Made by a program: the position numbers and the translations under genes. The notes under the pieces were generated by a model. That model saw nothing but the letters and a program-made list of their open reading frames with translations. It did no database searches and was not told the DNA's origin. A DNA stretch of 60,095 nt, filler included, from Basidiobolus meristosporus CBS 931.73 (Eukaryota; Fungi; Basidiobolomycota): assembly GCA_002104905.1 (NCBI GenBank). It is 3 parts of 3 records of this genome, joined end to end, with 100 filler letters (N's around TTAATTAATTAA, not from the genome) between each part and the next. Parts side by side here need not be neighbours in the genome. Positions count along the whole stretch, not along the records: positions 26,463 to 47,978 come from MCFE01000988.1; positions 48,079 to 60,095 come from MCFE01001259.1; 1 more part is not named here. One strand, given 5' to 3'. Below are positions 36,763 to 49,819 of this stretch, piece by piece (the stretch's first letter is position 1; every line of letters begins with the position of its first letter).

Positions 36763-38025
36763 TTGCTCATGGCAGTATTACAGGAGGATTCCTCTACCCC
36801 AGCACCCCAGAAGGTCCAGACTCTTTTGAAGGAATTTTCAGATATGTTTCTGGATGAACTTGTATGCCAACCACCAGCCAGAGATGTGGATCATTCCATT
36901 GACACAGGAGATAGCCCTCCAGTGAGTAAGGCACCTTACAGAATGAGTCCATTGGAGTTGGAAGAGATGCAGAGACAAATAGATCAGTTGTTGAGCAAGG
37001 ATATATCAGACCTAGCAAGTCACCTTGGGGAGCACCAGAACTGTTTGTGGAAAAGAAGAATGGAACACTTAGGACATGCATTGACTACAGAGCCCTCAAC
37101 TCAGTTACTGGAAGAGTAAATACCTCATACCCTAGATTCATGGGCCTTTGGACAAACTCAATGGCGCTACTATATTCAGCAAGACTGACCTAGTGTCAAT
37201 ATACAACCAGATTAGGGTGAAGCCAGAAGACATCCCTTAGACAGAGTTCAGGACCAGATATGAACATTACATATACTTTGTCATGAGTTTTGGCCTTACC
37301 AATGCCCCTGCAACATTCATGACCTTCATGTAAACAGTCTTCCAGGCGTACTTAGACTGGTTTGTTGTATTCTACCTAGACAGTATATTGATATACAGCA
37401 AGATCAAAGTGGAACTCTTGGTGCATACTGAAAAGGCCTTCAAGAATTTAAGAGAGAACAAGCGGTATGGCAAGGTATCAAAGTGAGAATTCTTGAAGGA
37501 ACATCTTGATTACCTGGGACACATAGTAACTAGCACAGGAGTGACCTTGGACCACAAGAAGACTGAAGTTATCAAGAATCTGAAGCACCCCGTAGCATAT
37601 CAGAACTCAGATCGTTTCCTGGAAGGATTTCCTGTTATTTGGAGACATATCAAGTCCTTTGTGAGTATTTCAGCCCCTTTAACTGATATTCCCACTAAAA
37701 ACAACACCTTGAGGTGGGACATAGCCTGTGAGACTGCCTTTTAGATGCTCAAGAATGCACATGCTAAGCTGCAAAACTTAAGAAATCCAAACTTCAAAAA
37801 AGAGCTTACTCTGTGCATTGATGCTTCAGACTTAGCAATTGGTGAGGTACTGAGCCACAAGCATGAGGGAATGGACTACCCAGTTGCTTTTGAGTCCAAA
37901 AAATTAAACTCAGCAGAACAAAGCTATCCAGTGCATGAGAAGGCAATGCTTGTCATAGTATACTGCTTGAAGACCTGGAGATGCTACATTGAAGGAGTAA
38001 AGTGATCTGTGAAGACTGATCATGC
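36763..38025 (+). pseudogene. Degenerate Ty3/gypsy pol (RT and RNase H)
   Basis: [92 protein letters not shown]. Confidence 0.9.
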
Positions 38026-39074
38026 TGTGGTGGTGTATAAGTCCACAGGAGAGATACATCCAACCCTTTTCAAGTTTTTTGTGTTTTGTGTTCAGTGGGT
38101 ACAATAACCTCTGGCAAAAGCTTGCTATGAATACCTGGATTCTGTCTCTACACTAATGTGAAGGGTAATAAAGCCACAGGCTTGTCAAGGGAACACTATG
38201 GAGCTACAATCCCCAACTTAGTTGGCATCTTAACAAAAGTATGTGCGGGTTCAGTGTCCTTTGAGATAAAAATGTACTAAAGCCTCTAAGCTCAAAATAA
38301 CTGAAAACTCCACCAGCATGGACTTGATAAGAATGCAGCTGCAATCAATAGTTACAACAACAGTAAAGTATCTTTGCCTCTAAAAGAACAAACTTGGGAA
38401 ATAATATAGTGTACTAAAAGATATCCACTTGGAGAATTCCTCACAAGTGGTGCCTCCAAGGTTGGTTGGCTGTCAGCATGGTTTCCTGGGAGTGTCCTGT
38501 GGTCTGGCATGGGAAGATCTGGTAGCAGCAGGTAGCAGTAATACACTAATCAGCTAGTCTGTATATTGATAAAAGGGATGATTATTCATTGTTGACAGAT
38601 TGCCTCCCTTACATACTCTTCTCACTGGCTAATTACTAATCATAGTGTTCTGCAGGTCAAATAGAACCTTTATGACATCAGAATGAGCCAATAATGCTTT
38701 AAGTAATTGCCAGAAGGCTCTAAAAGCACAGCAAACCCAATCAATCAGGAATCATTTTCTGAAACCAGTGCAACCTAGGGATACCATATATGGTGCAAAA
38801 TGGTAAGGATGTTAACATGGTTTGGTCATGTGCCCTGGGTACTGATGTGAGTACCTGCCTAGTATAGAAGCACTCCCATTAAGTAATCTTATATAAGTGA
38901 GGGATAACTGATGCAATAACATAAGCAGATGAAATAGTCAGCTGGCTTATGGGATAGCACTCATCATGTAAGACAAATGGGATAAAACCAAAATTAGGGT
39001 GGTGGAAAAATAGGGAAGTAGAAAAAATGGGAATAAGCACATCTGTCAGTGGGTGTCACTGTGACCCCACTCCA
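38026..39074. repeat. 1049-bp LTR-like element (TGTGGTGG...CCACTCCA), probably a solo LTR
   Basis: TG...CA with terminal inverted similarity; related copies at 27930 and 47057. Confidence 0.72.
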
Positions 39075-39099
39075 GCACCATACTCAAGAATATATTTAC

Positions 39100-39600
39100 T
39101 GAGAAGGTACTAAAGAGATCAATAAGTTAATCTAGGATGAAGCTGGCATATTTGTAGTACAGAATGAAGCACTCTGCCAAATTGTTGATGGAAGCCCTAT
39201 TGCCTATTGCCCTTATGTTGCTTGCCTATATTTAATAAATGAGCTACACAATATATTGACATCTTCAAATTGGAGGAGCTTATAGCCTTGTGAAAGACAG
39301 AGCATGGTGGCCCAGAATGAAACAAGATGTTGAGGAGCTAGTGAAGACATGCCCAGATTTTCTAATCAACCAAGGACAACTGCAGAGAATAACTGAATTC
39401 TTTCTGCAGTAGCCTGTAAGACCATTTGGGAGATGGGGAAATGACTCTGTTGGAAGTGTGGTAATGGAAAGTATTCCATCACTATATATCTCAAAACCAT
39501 TATTGCACTCATTTCTTGATTTTACTTTTGGCTGTTGTAACACACAAGTGAAAGATCAAGAAATCCCAGCTTTGAAGGACAAATGCTCCAGACCCTGACA
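39100..39600 (+). pseudogene. Ty3/gypsy integrase N-terminal fragment
   Basis: RAWWPRMKQDVEELVKTCPD zinc-binding region, followed by PFGRWG; boundaries approximate. Confidence 0.7.
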
Positions 39601-40122
39601 AGCAATCCACCCAAGAATATTATGGCATGCAGAACACTCAGTAGCCAACACATGCTTTCAATTACAGTTCATTTAAAGCAGTACTTGAGGAGTTCAAATG
39701 TCCAATTGTCATAAATTGGAGGCCTCTATTGTTAGGATTACTATGGTGACTTCAGTCACATGTAACGTTTGAGCCAGCCAATCATATCATGTAATATTAT
39801 TAAGGTGCTGCAATTATGTTCAATCTTCACCACTACAAAGTTTTAGCTTTGTATTGTGTATATTGCTTGTACAATTGCCCAAAAACTTTGATCCTTCAGA
39901 ATTTTCATATTTATGACTTTCCCAGCTAAAAAATAAATTAGAGCCTCTCTTTCCAGAATCTTCACACTATAATTACAAGTTTAAAGGTTATAAGACTTCC
40001 CTTGCATCACTTGCACTGCTGAGTATTCTGACTTTCATCAGCACTACATCAGCAATGAGACTGCAAAGCTCACAAGAATCCAATCTAAGTTCTACAAGAA
40101 AACTACCACTTTTCTGTTGGAA

Positions 40123-40333
40123 AAGTCCCCTCTAAGAAACCCCTTTACTCTAAAGACACCCCTTAAGACAACCCTTTAGTCTAAAGATCCCTTCAAGAAG
40201 CCCCTTTACTCTAAATAAGCCCCTTTAGGCACCCCTTTGGTGTAAAGTCCACTTTAGAGACCACTCTATGAAGCCCCTTTACTCTAAAGACACCCCTATA
40301 GAAAACTCTGTAGGTCTAAAGACCTCTGTAGAG
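40123..40333. repeat. Degenerate tandem repeat, period about 30-31 bp (core CCCCTTTACTCTAAAGAC)
   Basis: Core variants at about 40140, 40171, 40201, 40232, 40274, 40304. Confidence 0.75.
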
Positions 40334-40659
40334 TTTTCTACACCACACCCCTTCAGGTTAAAGGGTAGCTCTAGTTTATCACATTAGAGAATACTATATC
40401 AGAAAGGGAAGTGACTTCCAAAAAAGGAAAAGTTACTATAATGGTAAGTAAGTGCCCAATCAACCAAAGGTCAGAACACTGCTGACAAGTGAGAAACACT
40501 GCCTACAGTATATCTTGAGCCTAAGATTGAGGATATTAGTGAAAGTTATATCTTCTATTGGTATATCAAATTCCCTCAAAACTATTTCAGTATTAGCATA
40601 CTGGAGGCTGTTGTATATTGTTAATTAACCTCTACACCGTAGAACAAGCCCCAAACTAA

Positions 40660-41400
40660 TCACACTACAGCTCAATAGAAGACTGCCAACTACCAGGAAA
40701 TGTAACCCTTGGATCCCAGTAGTAATTGACCATACTACTAAAAGGCCAGTGGCTAAAGCTGTTCCTGTTGCCAGTGAATAAGAAGTTGCAAGTTTCATCT
40801 ACTAAGAGTTGCTTATGAAGTTTGGATGCCCTGTAGAGATTTTATCCAATTGAGGAGCAAGCTTTATGGCAAAGATATTGGAGGCTTACCTGATTATGCA
40901 GCAGATCAAACACTTGAAAGCTTTGGCATGTTACCCTGGAACTAATGAAGCAGTTCAATGGATTATTTGGAAAAATGCTGATCAAATATGCAAAGGGAGC
41001 TATCAGTAGATGGGAAGAGTCTATAGACCAAGCACTTTTTGCCTGCAGAGCTAGAGTGCACAACACCACCCAACAATAGCCATTTTACTCAGTGTATGGA
41101 TGAGAACCAAGGATTTCAGGAGATCTCACACAACCAAAGCTTACAGATGCCATAGGAGATGAGGTCAGTCAGCCAAGCAAATACCAGCAGCTGGAGCAAA
41201 GAGGTCAAGAGGCACAGGCCACAGAGTCTCAGGGTGCAAAATAGATGAAGCCAATATTTGATAAGACTATATTGCCAGAAGCATTTACATTTGGGAGCTT
41301 TGTATTGCAGAAAGACAACACTTGGAAGAAGTTTGAACCACAATAGACAGGACCTTCTAAGATGATCAGAGAGTGTCCATTAGCAACTTACCAACTAGTG
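40660..41400 (+). pseudogene. Ty3/gypsy-type integrase core fragment
   Basis: KFGCPVEILSN.GASFMAKIL...GKMLIKYAKGAISRWEESIDQALFACRARVHNTT. Confidence 0.78.
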
Positions 41401-41519
41401 AACAAACAAGGGAATATCTGGGAAGATTTGGTTCATTGAGACAGACTCAAGCTTGCAAGACTTGCCAACAATAATGAATCCCTTTGCTTTAGCACCTGAC
41501 AAATTCTGATTAAACAAGT

Positions 41520-43100
41520 ACTCTACCAGCAATACCTGCTGGCTGCTGATTCTTATCAGTCTGAGTTTGCTGCCCATCTTACGGTATCAGAGCAATAATC
41601 TGATGGTAGTCTCACTGGTATCTGGGCCTATATCACCATCCAACCTGGATAACTACCTGTATCCATTGCTGGATGAATCTTGTATGCTTTCCAGCAGGAT
41701 AATAGTCAATGGCCATCATGTAAAAGCTCATATTAATATCTGCATTGGAGATACCCAGCCATCAGCAAGATAGCAGGTTTTTCTGGGCACAATGGATGGT
41801 ACTGCTGTTGAATGTGTGAGATCCATGGGATGTGTTCCATAACTCACACACATTATTATTACACAAACACCAGCACTAAGAGCATCATCTTTCTACAGAG
41901 AGAATGTACAGAAGTCAGCATGCAATTGCAGCATAGCTGGCAAGCTATAAGCCATTGGCTGGAATATGGAGTCAGTTGGAAACCAGAGACACTTAAGATA
42001 GAGGGTATCTGTTGGAGCAAAAGCGTTCTACTTGTAGCAATGCATTTGCTCCTCAACCATATCCCTATACTGATGACTAAGTTGTACATGGGGCACTTCA
42101 ACCATTGGGAGTCATATGTGGACATTTTAGGAATATTTATCCAGAAGCAGATCATCAATGCCAAGTTGATGCACCCACAGGTATTGTGCAAGGAGTTTGT
42201 GGCAGGATCTGAGTGGCTATACCACAAACATAAAGCTGTACACATAGATCTCTGCCACTACTGTACTCATTCTCTACTTGATCTTGCACAGTGTGTGCAG
42301 AATGCTGGGCCTTGCTTCACCTTCTAGGAGTTTCCTATGGAGCAGATGTGTGGGGAGATAGGAAGGCAAGTCAAGTTGCAGGTGCTACCATATCCCAATC
42401 ACATCAAGAATATTACCTTCAAGTCCATCATGGATGTGATGAGTTGGCATATGGAGGACAGCCAGGAAGAGTTGGAAAATACTGAGAACAGATGTGCACA
42501 TAGAGACACCAATGCCAATGGCATAAAGAAGCTAAGCAGCCCTAATGCTTGAGTAATCAGTTAGGTAATACAAAGTTGGGTTGGGTGCAACAAGAAACTA
42601 ATATTGATCAGGAAAACTCTACCAAGGTACGCCGTATTTCTCAGGGTCACAAGCCAACTTCTACACCATTCACTACAGAATTCACACAAACAAGAGCTAG
42701 AGTGCACTTATAAGGGGGGCTAGAATCCAGCAGGGTGAAGGAATATATAGGCTGAATACCAAAAGGTTCTTTGAGGATATTCAGGAGTTATTCATGGCAG
42801 AAGTGGCAACAACCAAGCATATGTATGCAAGATGTATATGATACCAGCAATACACTGTATATAGGAACTTTGCAAGTATCACACTAAAAAGCCATAAAGT
42901 TGAGGTGATAAAAGTATTTCAATTGCAGCAGGTGTGCGTACTTGTAGCAGTTAGTAAGCAGGAGGTTATAGTTCTTTTTGATTCATACTATATGTGGAAT
43001 ACCCAAGGTAGTAGTGGGTAAGTAAACCAAGAGGGGCAATTCTACAGTGGAACATATGAATTGCACAAGGCAAGGTAGAAATAGGAAATACCATTGGTAA
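41520..43100 (+). pseudogene. Degenerate Tnp2-family (CACTA/EnSpm-like) transposase
   Basis: CWLLILISLSLLPILRYQSNN..VSGP..P.NLDNYLYPLLDE, IGDT.PSAR..F.GHNG.YCC.MC, H.LLDLA..VQNAGP...FPMEQMCG; 3' boundary approximate. Confidence 0.75.
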
Positions 43101-43849
43101 AATGGTACTGTAGCATTATTCAGAACTAGCTGTAGGCTGCCATACTGCCATTATAGTGCCATCAGAGTCTTGCTGTGAGGCTGTTGAAATACCTTTGAGA
43201 TTTATGCCATATAAGGCACCTTGATGTCCTGGCTGGTTGGATCCATTTAAAATAGCTGTAGAGTGCAATAGGACCACAACAATGCCATGCAATTATTGTC
43301 ACAGCACCAATCAAATCCCATCAAGTTTTATAGCTTTATTTGGCAGTAAAATTAGCAATTTACCATCATGATCCTGTCATAAGATTGTAAGGGTGGTCAC
43401 TAATTCTAAGCCACTGGTATTACAACGGTCTCTAAACAGGATCCTGACGGCTGATCTGGATTGGATCCACCTGTGGGATCAAATTATTTTTCATAGGAAT
43501 ATGAATGAATCTGTAGAGAGCAATGATGAAAAGTGGGCACATATATGAGGCTCCAAGAAGTATAGCACATCATTACCTCAAGGATGGCATGCCATTGGAG
43601 CACCAGGAATGCTAGGCTAAGCAGAATATGCTTGGCATATTTCATGAGCATTTTCCTGTATTCAAGTGAGCAAATAGATTTTGGGCTAGCACTGCTATAC
43701 TGAGAAAGTATCTTGGGTATAGGGGAAACTATCAGATACAGCGCAACAATGGTGCTATAGCTAAACCCAGCAGCTTCTTCAAGAGCTTGTCAAAAGCAGG
43801 CCCAAAAGATTTAAACAAGTGGCATAGAAGCATTGGCCAAGTAGAAGAG

Positions 43850-45800
43850 TGCCTGTAGGGGACAAGCAGGCAGAGATAGATGCCTTAATGCAGCATTTAA
43901 CATGGAAAGTATGTAATTTGTTACAACAAGCACACAGTCACAGAAGCAGTAAAGGACCTGGCTATGATAAAATCAGTGGCCTTTTGGGAGCATGTCAAGA
44001 GCTGGTTGCAAGCTTCAAACAAGCTGCTTAGAAGCATCTGGCTGCCAGAGAGTGCCACCAAGTGACAAGCAGGCAAAAAATGGAAGCGCCAGTGCAGCAT
44101 TGGTCAAAGAGAAAAAGGAGTACAAAAAAAAGCACTCAGTCAAGGTAGCAGTGATAGACTTTGCTGTGATTGCTGAAATATTGGACTATCTGGTATCATT
44201 CAGCAGCTAAATACTTACTTGGCAACTCTGGACTAGTCTTGGTCACTGTAGGAATAACTTGCAACTCTAATTTTGCCACTTTCTCTCAGATCTATGACCC
44301 TATGTATATTCCCATAGAGAACATATCAATGTAGCACTTTTACCAAACATTATGTACTTGTTTAGAAATCATGCTCAACAAGTTGCACATGAGTAATGCA
44401 AGAGCTTATTGCATACACTGGCAGATGAGGTGCTAGATCTTGCAGTGCTGGCTAAAGGCCAAGGCATTTTGAAATCATTGTATAAACAGAGGCATAATGC
44501 CTGAGGGTTCCCACCATAGTCATGGAACAAGGGCTTTGTAGCAGAAATATTTACTGTACTGTGGGCTTTAATGGACTTATAAAGTGTGAATTTGGGCTTA
44601 AAACTAGTGTGGGGTATTAGCACATGGAAGTAAGAGCATTAGTGGAGGCAGGAAGTCAGGTGTGTGAAATAGAGATATTTGCTAATTTATGTACAAAAAT
44701 GTAAGAATTGGTTCAGTGTCAGGATATTAAAGTGAGAGAACTGGCAGAGAGCCAAACTATAGCCACAAATGTATTGTTATGATGAAAGCCTTGACCAAGT
44801 CTTTGTAAAGTCTGGGATAAAATTATAGCTTGATGGTCTGGGCACAGTGTCTGGATGGTATCAATATCATTTAGTCACAGGATTTTGATTTTGTGGTAGC
44901 TTTTGATGGTATCTTCTTAATCTTTCTTAGAGATGAAACTCTGAAAAGATGAAGCAAGGTCTAACATTCCCCACACTAAGCAGGATAGAGTAGAGAATGA
45001 ATGCAATTGTGGCAGAGATCTGCACACTCAGCTTTATGCATGTAGTATAACTGCACAGATCTGAACACAAACTCCTTGCATAAAAGCTGTATATGCCTCA
45101 GGTTTTCATTGTTGATCTGCTTCTATATTACTACTCCTATAATGTCAGCAAATGACTCCCAGTGCTTCCTATGCTCTGGGTGAAAAACGCTTTGAAAGGC
45201 CACTTGAATAAATACATATTCAGTTCTTCCAGTTCTTGCATTTGTAGTATTTTATATGAGTATGTGTACTTATAGGTGCTTGTGGGGAATACTTCAGATG
45301 GGAGATTTTCTGTTGTTCCTTACCAACTCTTTCAGGTATCTGTGTCATCCAAAGGGCAGATTTGCTTGAAATGCACCACATATGATTTGGTCACTAGAGT
45401 AGGTATACTACTGAATAGTAAATGAGTTGCTCCCTGTGCAAAGCTTTTGCTCCAACAGATTCCCATTACCTCTAACATCTCCAGTTCAAATTAACTCCAT
45501 ATTCTGGCCAATGGCTTATAGCTTGCCAGCCTACTGCAAATCCATGCTGACTTGTGTATGAGAAGGCAATATTCTTAGTGTTAGTGTTTGAATAATGATA
45601 ACATATGTGGATTATGGAGGAAGTCCTCAGGATTGCAAAAATTTGACAGCAATACCATCCATTGTTTCCAGAGACACCAGATATGTTGCTAATAGCTGGG
45701 GTCTCTCCAATGCATATAACGGTATGCACTTTGACATGATGGTAACTTATACTTCACAGCAGTTATAAGACTTCAAAACTTTCTTTAGATGCAGTATTAC
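43850..45800 (-). mobile_element. Another decayed Tnp2 (CACTA-like) copy with downstream second-ORF region
   Basis: CIGETPAISNISGVSGNNGWYCC at 45472-45729; 43853-44870 collinear with 30725-31990. Confidence 0.65.
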
Positions 45801-45859
45801 TTCTATATACTTGGAGAGTGAGCTATGATCTACTCCTGTGGTGGTGGATTCTGTCAAAA

Positions 45860-47056
45860 AGATTTGTAATTCCACCTAAATATTCACCTAACTTAGTCAC
45901 CTACAGCATTACCTTCAAGTCCTAGGGAGTACTGACCAAATTCCTAGATGGGACTTATTCAGAATATTTTCACCAAAATGTCAGTTACCCAGAACATAAA
46001 AATCAAACTTGGGACTTGGTCAAGCTACCAATCAACCAAAAATCAATTGGATGCAGATGGGTCTTTATGCCAAACACAAGGCTGATGGCACAATTGAAAA
46101 ATACAAAGCAAGACTTGTAGCCAAATGATACTCTCTAACAAAAGGACTTGATTATAATGAGACCTTTGCACTGGTAGCAAAGTTTAATTTTATAAGATTG
46201 ATATTGGCTATTGCAGCTAAATATATTTTTTACAAATCAAATGAATGTAAAGCTGCATTTTTGAATGAAGAACTAGACAAGGATGTGTATACAGACCATC
46301 CTGATGGAGTTGCTGACCAAGATAACCCCATTTAGTCTGCAAGCTAAAAAAAATCTCTATATGGTCTCCAACAACCACCAAGAGCCTAGAGTTGTAAGAT
46401 AGATTCCTATATGAAATCTTTGAGTTTCAAAAGGAGTGATGTTGACTATAGTATATACTATAGGCTAGATAGAGCAAAACTAGCTCTAGTAGCTCTATAT
46501 GTGGATGATCTTATTATAGCTACCAATAATTTAGCAATATTGGAAGACACCAAATCCAGTCTATCAGAAGATTGCAAGATGTCTGATCTAGGAGAACTCA
46601 GTTACTACTTAGGGATAAAGTTCTCATAGACAGAAGTACCCAGACTATCACCCTAAGCCAGTCCAAGTATACTCAAGATATACTAAAGAAGTACTAAATG
46701 GAAAAGTGTAAACCGGCAGATACCCCAATGGAGACAACCCTTAACTTGGTCAAAACTCAACCAAATCAAAGAGCTTGGTGCCATTTGCAAGCCCTGACTT
46801 TCTTTATCAATATATGACTGGCAGCTGATGTATACCATACCTGGAGCACATACAGATATCTCATATTCAGTGGGAGTTGTCAGCCAACACAATCAGAACT
46901 ATGGATCTGACTATGTTGCAGCAGTTAAGCAGATTTTAGATATGTGAAAGGAACTGCAGATATCTGCTTAAGATACATCTACAAGGACTCAGAACAGTAT
47001 CTTGTGAGATACTCTGATGCTGATTGGGGACAAAGTTTGGAAGACAGAAAATCTGC
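45860..47056 (+). mobile_element. Copia family fragment (partial LTR, RT, start of RNase H)
   Basis: LYVDDLII...MSDLGELSYYLG and YSDADWG motifs with stops. Confidence 0.88.
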
Positions 47057-47978
47057 TGTGGTGGTGTATAAGTCAAAGGGCAAAATATGGCCAACACTTC
47101 TCAAGTGTGAATGTGTGTGGGGTGTTCACTGGGTGCAATAACACTCTGGCAAAAGACTTGCTAGGAACACTGGGTATCTTGTCTAATCTAATGTGAAGGG
47201 GGATAAAGCCTCAAGCTTGTCAAGGGAAAACTATTGAGCTACAATCCAACTTGGTTGGGTTGTGGTGGTGTAGAGGTACTCCTGGGAGAAGCTACACAAC
47301 TCAAGGTGTGTGAGGTGTCTGATGAGTGCAATAACCTCTGTGCCTAAACTGCTGGTGTCTTTGCCAATATGTCACTATGGTAAAGCTCCTGCTTCTCTAG
47401 CTTCCTAGGTGCTCCAAGTGTCTCCAAAGACCTCTGTGTGTCTTGTGCACTGCCCTGAAAAGCTCCTTGATGGCAGGTCTGAGATGTACTGTTGAAGGCA
47501 GGTGCAGTGATTAACTGCTAATCAATAAGGTAGAAGTGTTACTGATAGAAGGGATGATTTATTGATGAGGGATTGCTTTCCCTTAAATACTTTTCCTGAT
47601 TGCCAAGTGATTACTAATGACAAGGTTCTAGAAGATTCTAGGTATCAGTGGAATTCTTGATGACATCACTATGAGCTAAAAGTATGCCAAGAATGTCCTG
47701 GAAGGTTCTAAAAGGCATAGCACATTCAACCATTCAGGAATCAGTAGTCCGAAACATGTACAACATAGAAATACCATATATGGTATTGAAATGGTAGGGA
47801 TGGTAACACAAACCTAGTTCATGTGTCACAGGTACTGATGCAGGTACTTGCCTTATGTAGATACATATACTGATCAAAAGCTGAATAACATCTGGGATAA
47901 CTAATGCTAATAACTAATTAGGGTAAACATCATATGGGGATAATACTGATAATATGGGCAAAAGAAGAATGGGATAAT
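47057..47978. repeat. LTR-like element of the TGTGGTGG family, truncated by the linker
   Basis: First about 180 bp and later blocks match 38026-39074. Confidence 0.7.
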
Positions 47979-48078
47979 NNNNNNNNNNNNNNNNNNNNNN
48001 NNNNNNNNNNNNNNNNNNNNNNTTAATTAATTAANNNNNNNNNNNNNNNNNNNNNNNNNNNNNNNNNNNNNNNNNNNN
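47979..48078. other. Artificial contig linker N44-TTAATTAATTAA-N44
   Basis: Identical structure to 26363-26462. Confidence 0.97.
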
Positions 48079-49350
48079 ACTCCGCTATGGGGGATATGAT
48101 GGGAAGGCCGCGGTATGTCGCATCTTGCTGCCTGACCAGGGAAAATTCTCCATCGGAAGGAAATTTCCCTAGGGCGCCCCTACCTCAAGATCAAGTGATC
48201 CTCTGCTCCGTTGGACCTCACCAGAGAGATGTAGAAAGCCGCGGCCCATCCGCTGAATTTCTCCACCTTGAGCCAGTCAACAAATCCGGTCGGTGACTTG
48301 ATCAATGATCCCACGAACAGCACCTTCCCAAACTTTGTTTGTTTGTCCCATCATGGCTAGCGACCTTGGACTCCGGTGACGCTAGCTGGCGTAGGACCAG
48401 ATTCGGATCCGGGATCTTCGGTGCACTGATCGTTACGAAAGCAGACAACGGATGGGCTGAGGTTTCCTGTTCGCCATCCTCGGAGTCTGGAACACCAGCA
48501 CCATGCTTACTGGGTGACAATCCATGACGCCCGTATGTTTTACCCTCAGGCCACGAAGTGAAGTGCGGGGAAATGGATTCAACACTTGTGGCGTATTGGG
48601 AGGGCTGACCAGCGCGGGATTCGAAGATTAGATTCATCTGAACCCATTGGTGTGAATGTGGGGACGAATGGGGGGGGGAGATCGAATCAGATTCCTGGTG
48701 GACCGTTCCCCAATCTCGCCGGCTACTTCTAGGCCAGATCATCAACTAGATGTGGAATTTTCCCTACCGCAAATAGCTTGACCGCCAGATTTTCTACATA
48801 TTGCTTGGGCGATTCAGGTTGTAGCGAGTTACCTGCCCCAATGAACACTGATGATGCATGACTATGGTGGGGTAGTGGTGGGTGGTCAATATTTCTCAAA
48901 GCGCATTCAAGGTCATCTACCGGTGATAGAGTACAGGTGGCGTGGGAGCCTTGATGGGATTCGGGAATACAGGAAGAGAGCGTTGCTAGCTGAGTTGGAG
49001 TCCAGTATCTATGTCACATACAGAGCTTCGTGATGGTAATGGAAGGTGCATTTGGTGGAAGATCCCCGAGTTATGTGAAACCTTCGGGCTAGGTTGGGAT
49101 TCCTGAATGCTCTGGTTTATTGCAACGCCTCGTTTGTACATTGACCTGACAGTGGTTTGTTCCACTTGCAACCAAGGTATAGCGATGGTCATTACTCATG
49201 AGAAAGCCAGCACCTTGTATGGGCCATTGTGGATCTAGGTATTTTAATGGTATTATGCTGCAATATTGCCCATGACCAGGATTTCTGGGAGATACATCGC
49301 TAGAATGATTAAGCTATGGATGAATTAAATCCGATCATTTAAACCCTCAG
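48079..49350 (-). other. CpG-rich unique sequence, probably part of an unidentified multi-exon host gene
   Basis: Composition like the 18-26 kb gene island; Ser/Pro/His-rich open frames (48302-48745 and about 48770-49010) and GT-AG-like signals on the minus strand; no recognisable domain. Confidence 0.3.
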
Positions 49351-49707
49351 TTGAGCACTGTGAAGGTCATGGTAAGAATGGTTGGTGAAAGTACCTAAAG
49401 TGTACAAAGCCAAGGCCCATGGGACATAGCCAAAACCCTCAGCAATCCTCAGCATTTGCCTAATTTCAAAATCAACAAATTTAGTGCAATATTTTAAATA
49501 AGTCAATTGGCTTTGAGTTCTCCAAGTAGCAGATATTGCAGGCTTTTGGGGAATATCAAGAGTGATTTAAAGGATTAGAGCAGCTGCATGATGGTTACTT
49601 GTTGATACTTTTCTCTGGATCAAAACTTGAGACTTGTACCTCTGTAAGGGCTACACAATACTTATGGCTACTCTGCTGAATGACTGACTGCAGAAGTGGT
49701 ATACATA

Positions 49708-49819
49708 AGACTTGTTCTGTTCAATAGTGCCACATAGTGCCAGCCAGTTTATGGTGCTAGATTGATCTGGCATGCTACAGCACCATCTAGTGCAATAATA
49801 TTTACCATGAAGCCAGTGG
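49708..49819. mobile_element. Left-end fragment of the PHIS transposon, cut by a copia LTR at 49820
   Basis: AGACTTGTTCTGTTCAATAGTGCCACATAGTGC... collinear with 32739-32850. Confidence 0.82.
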
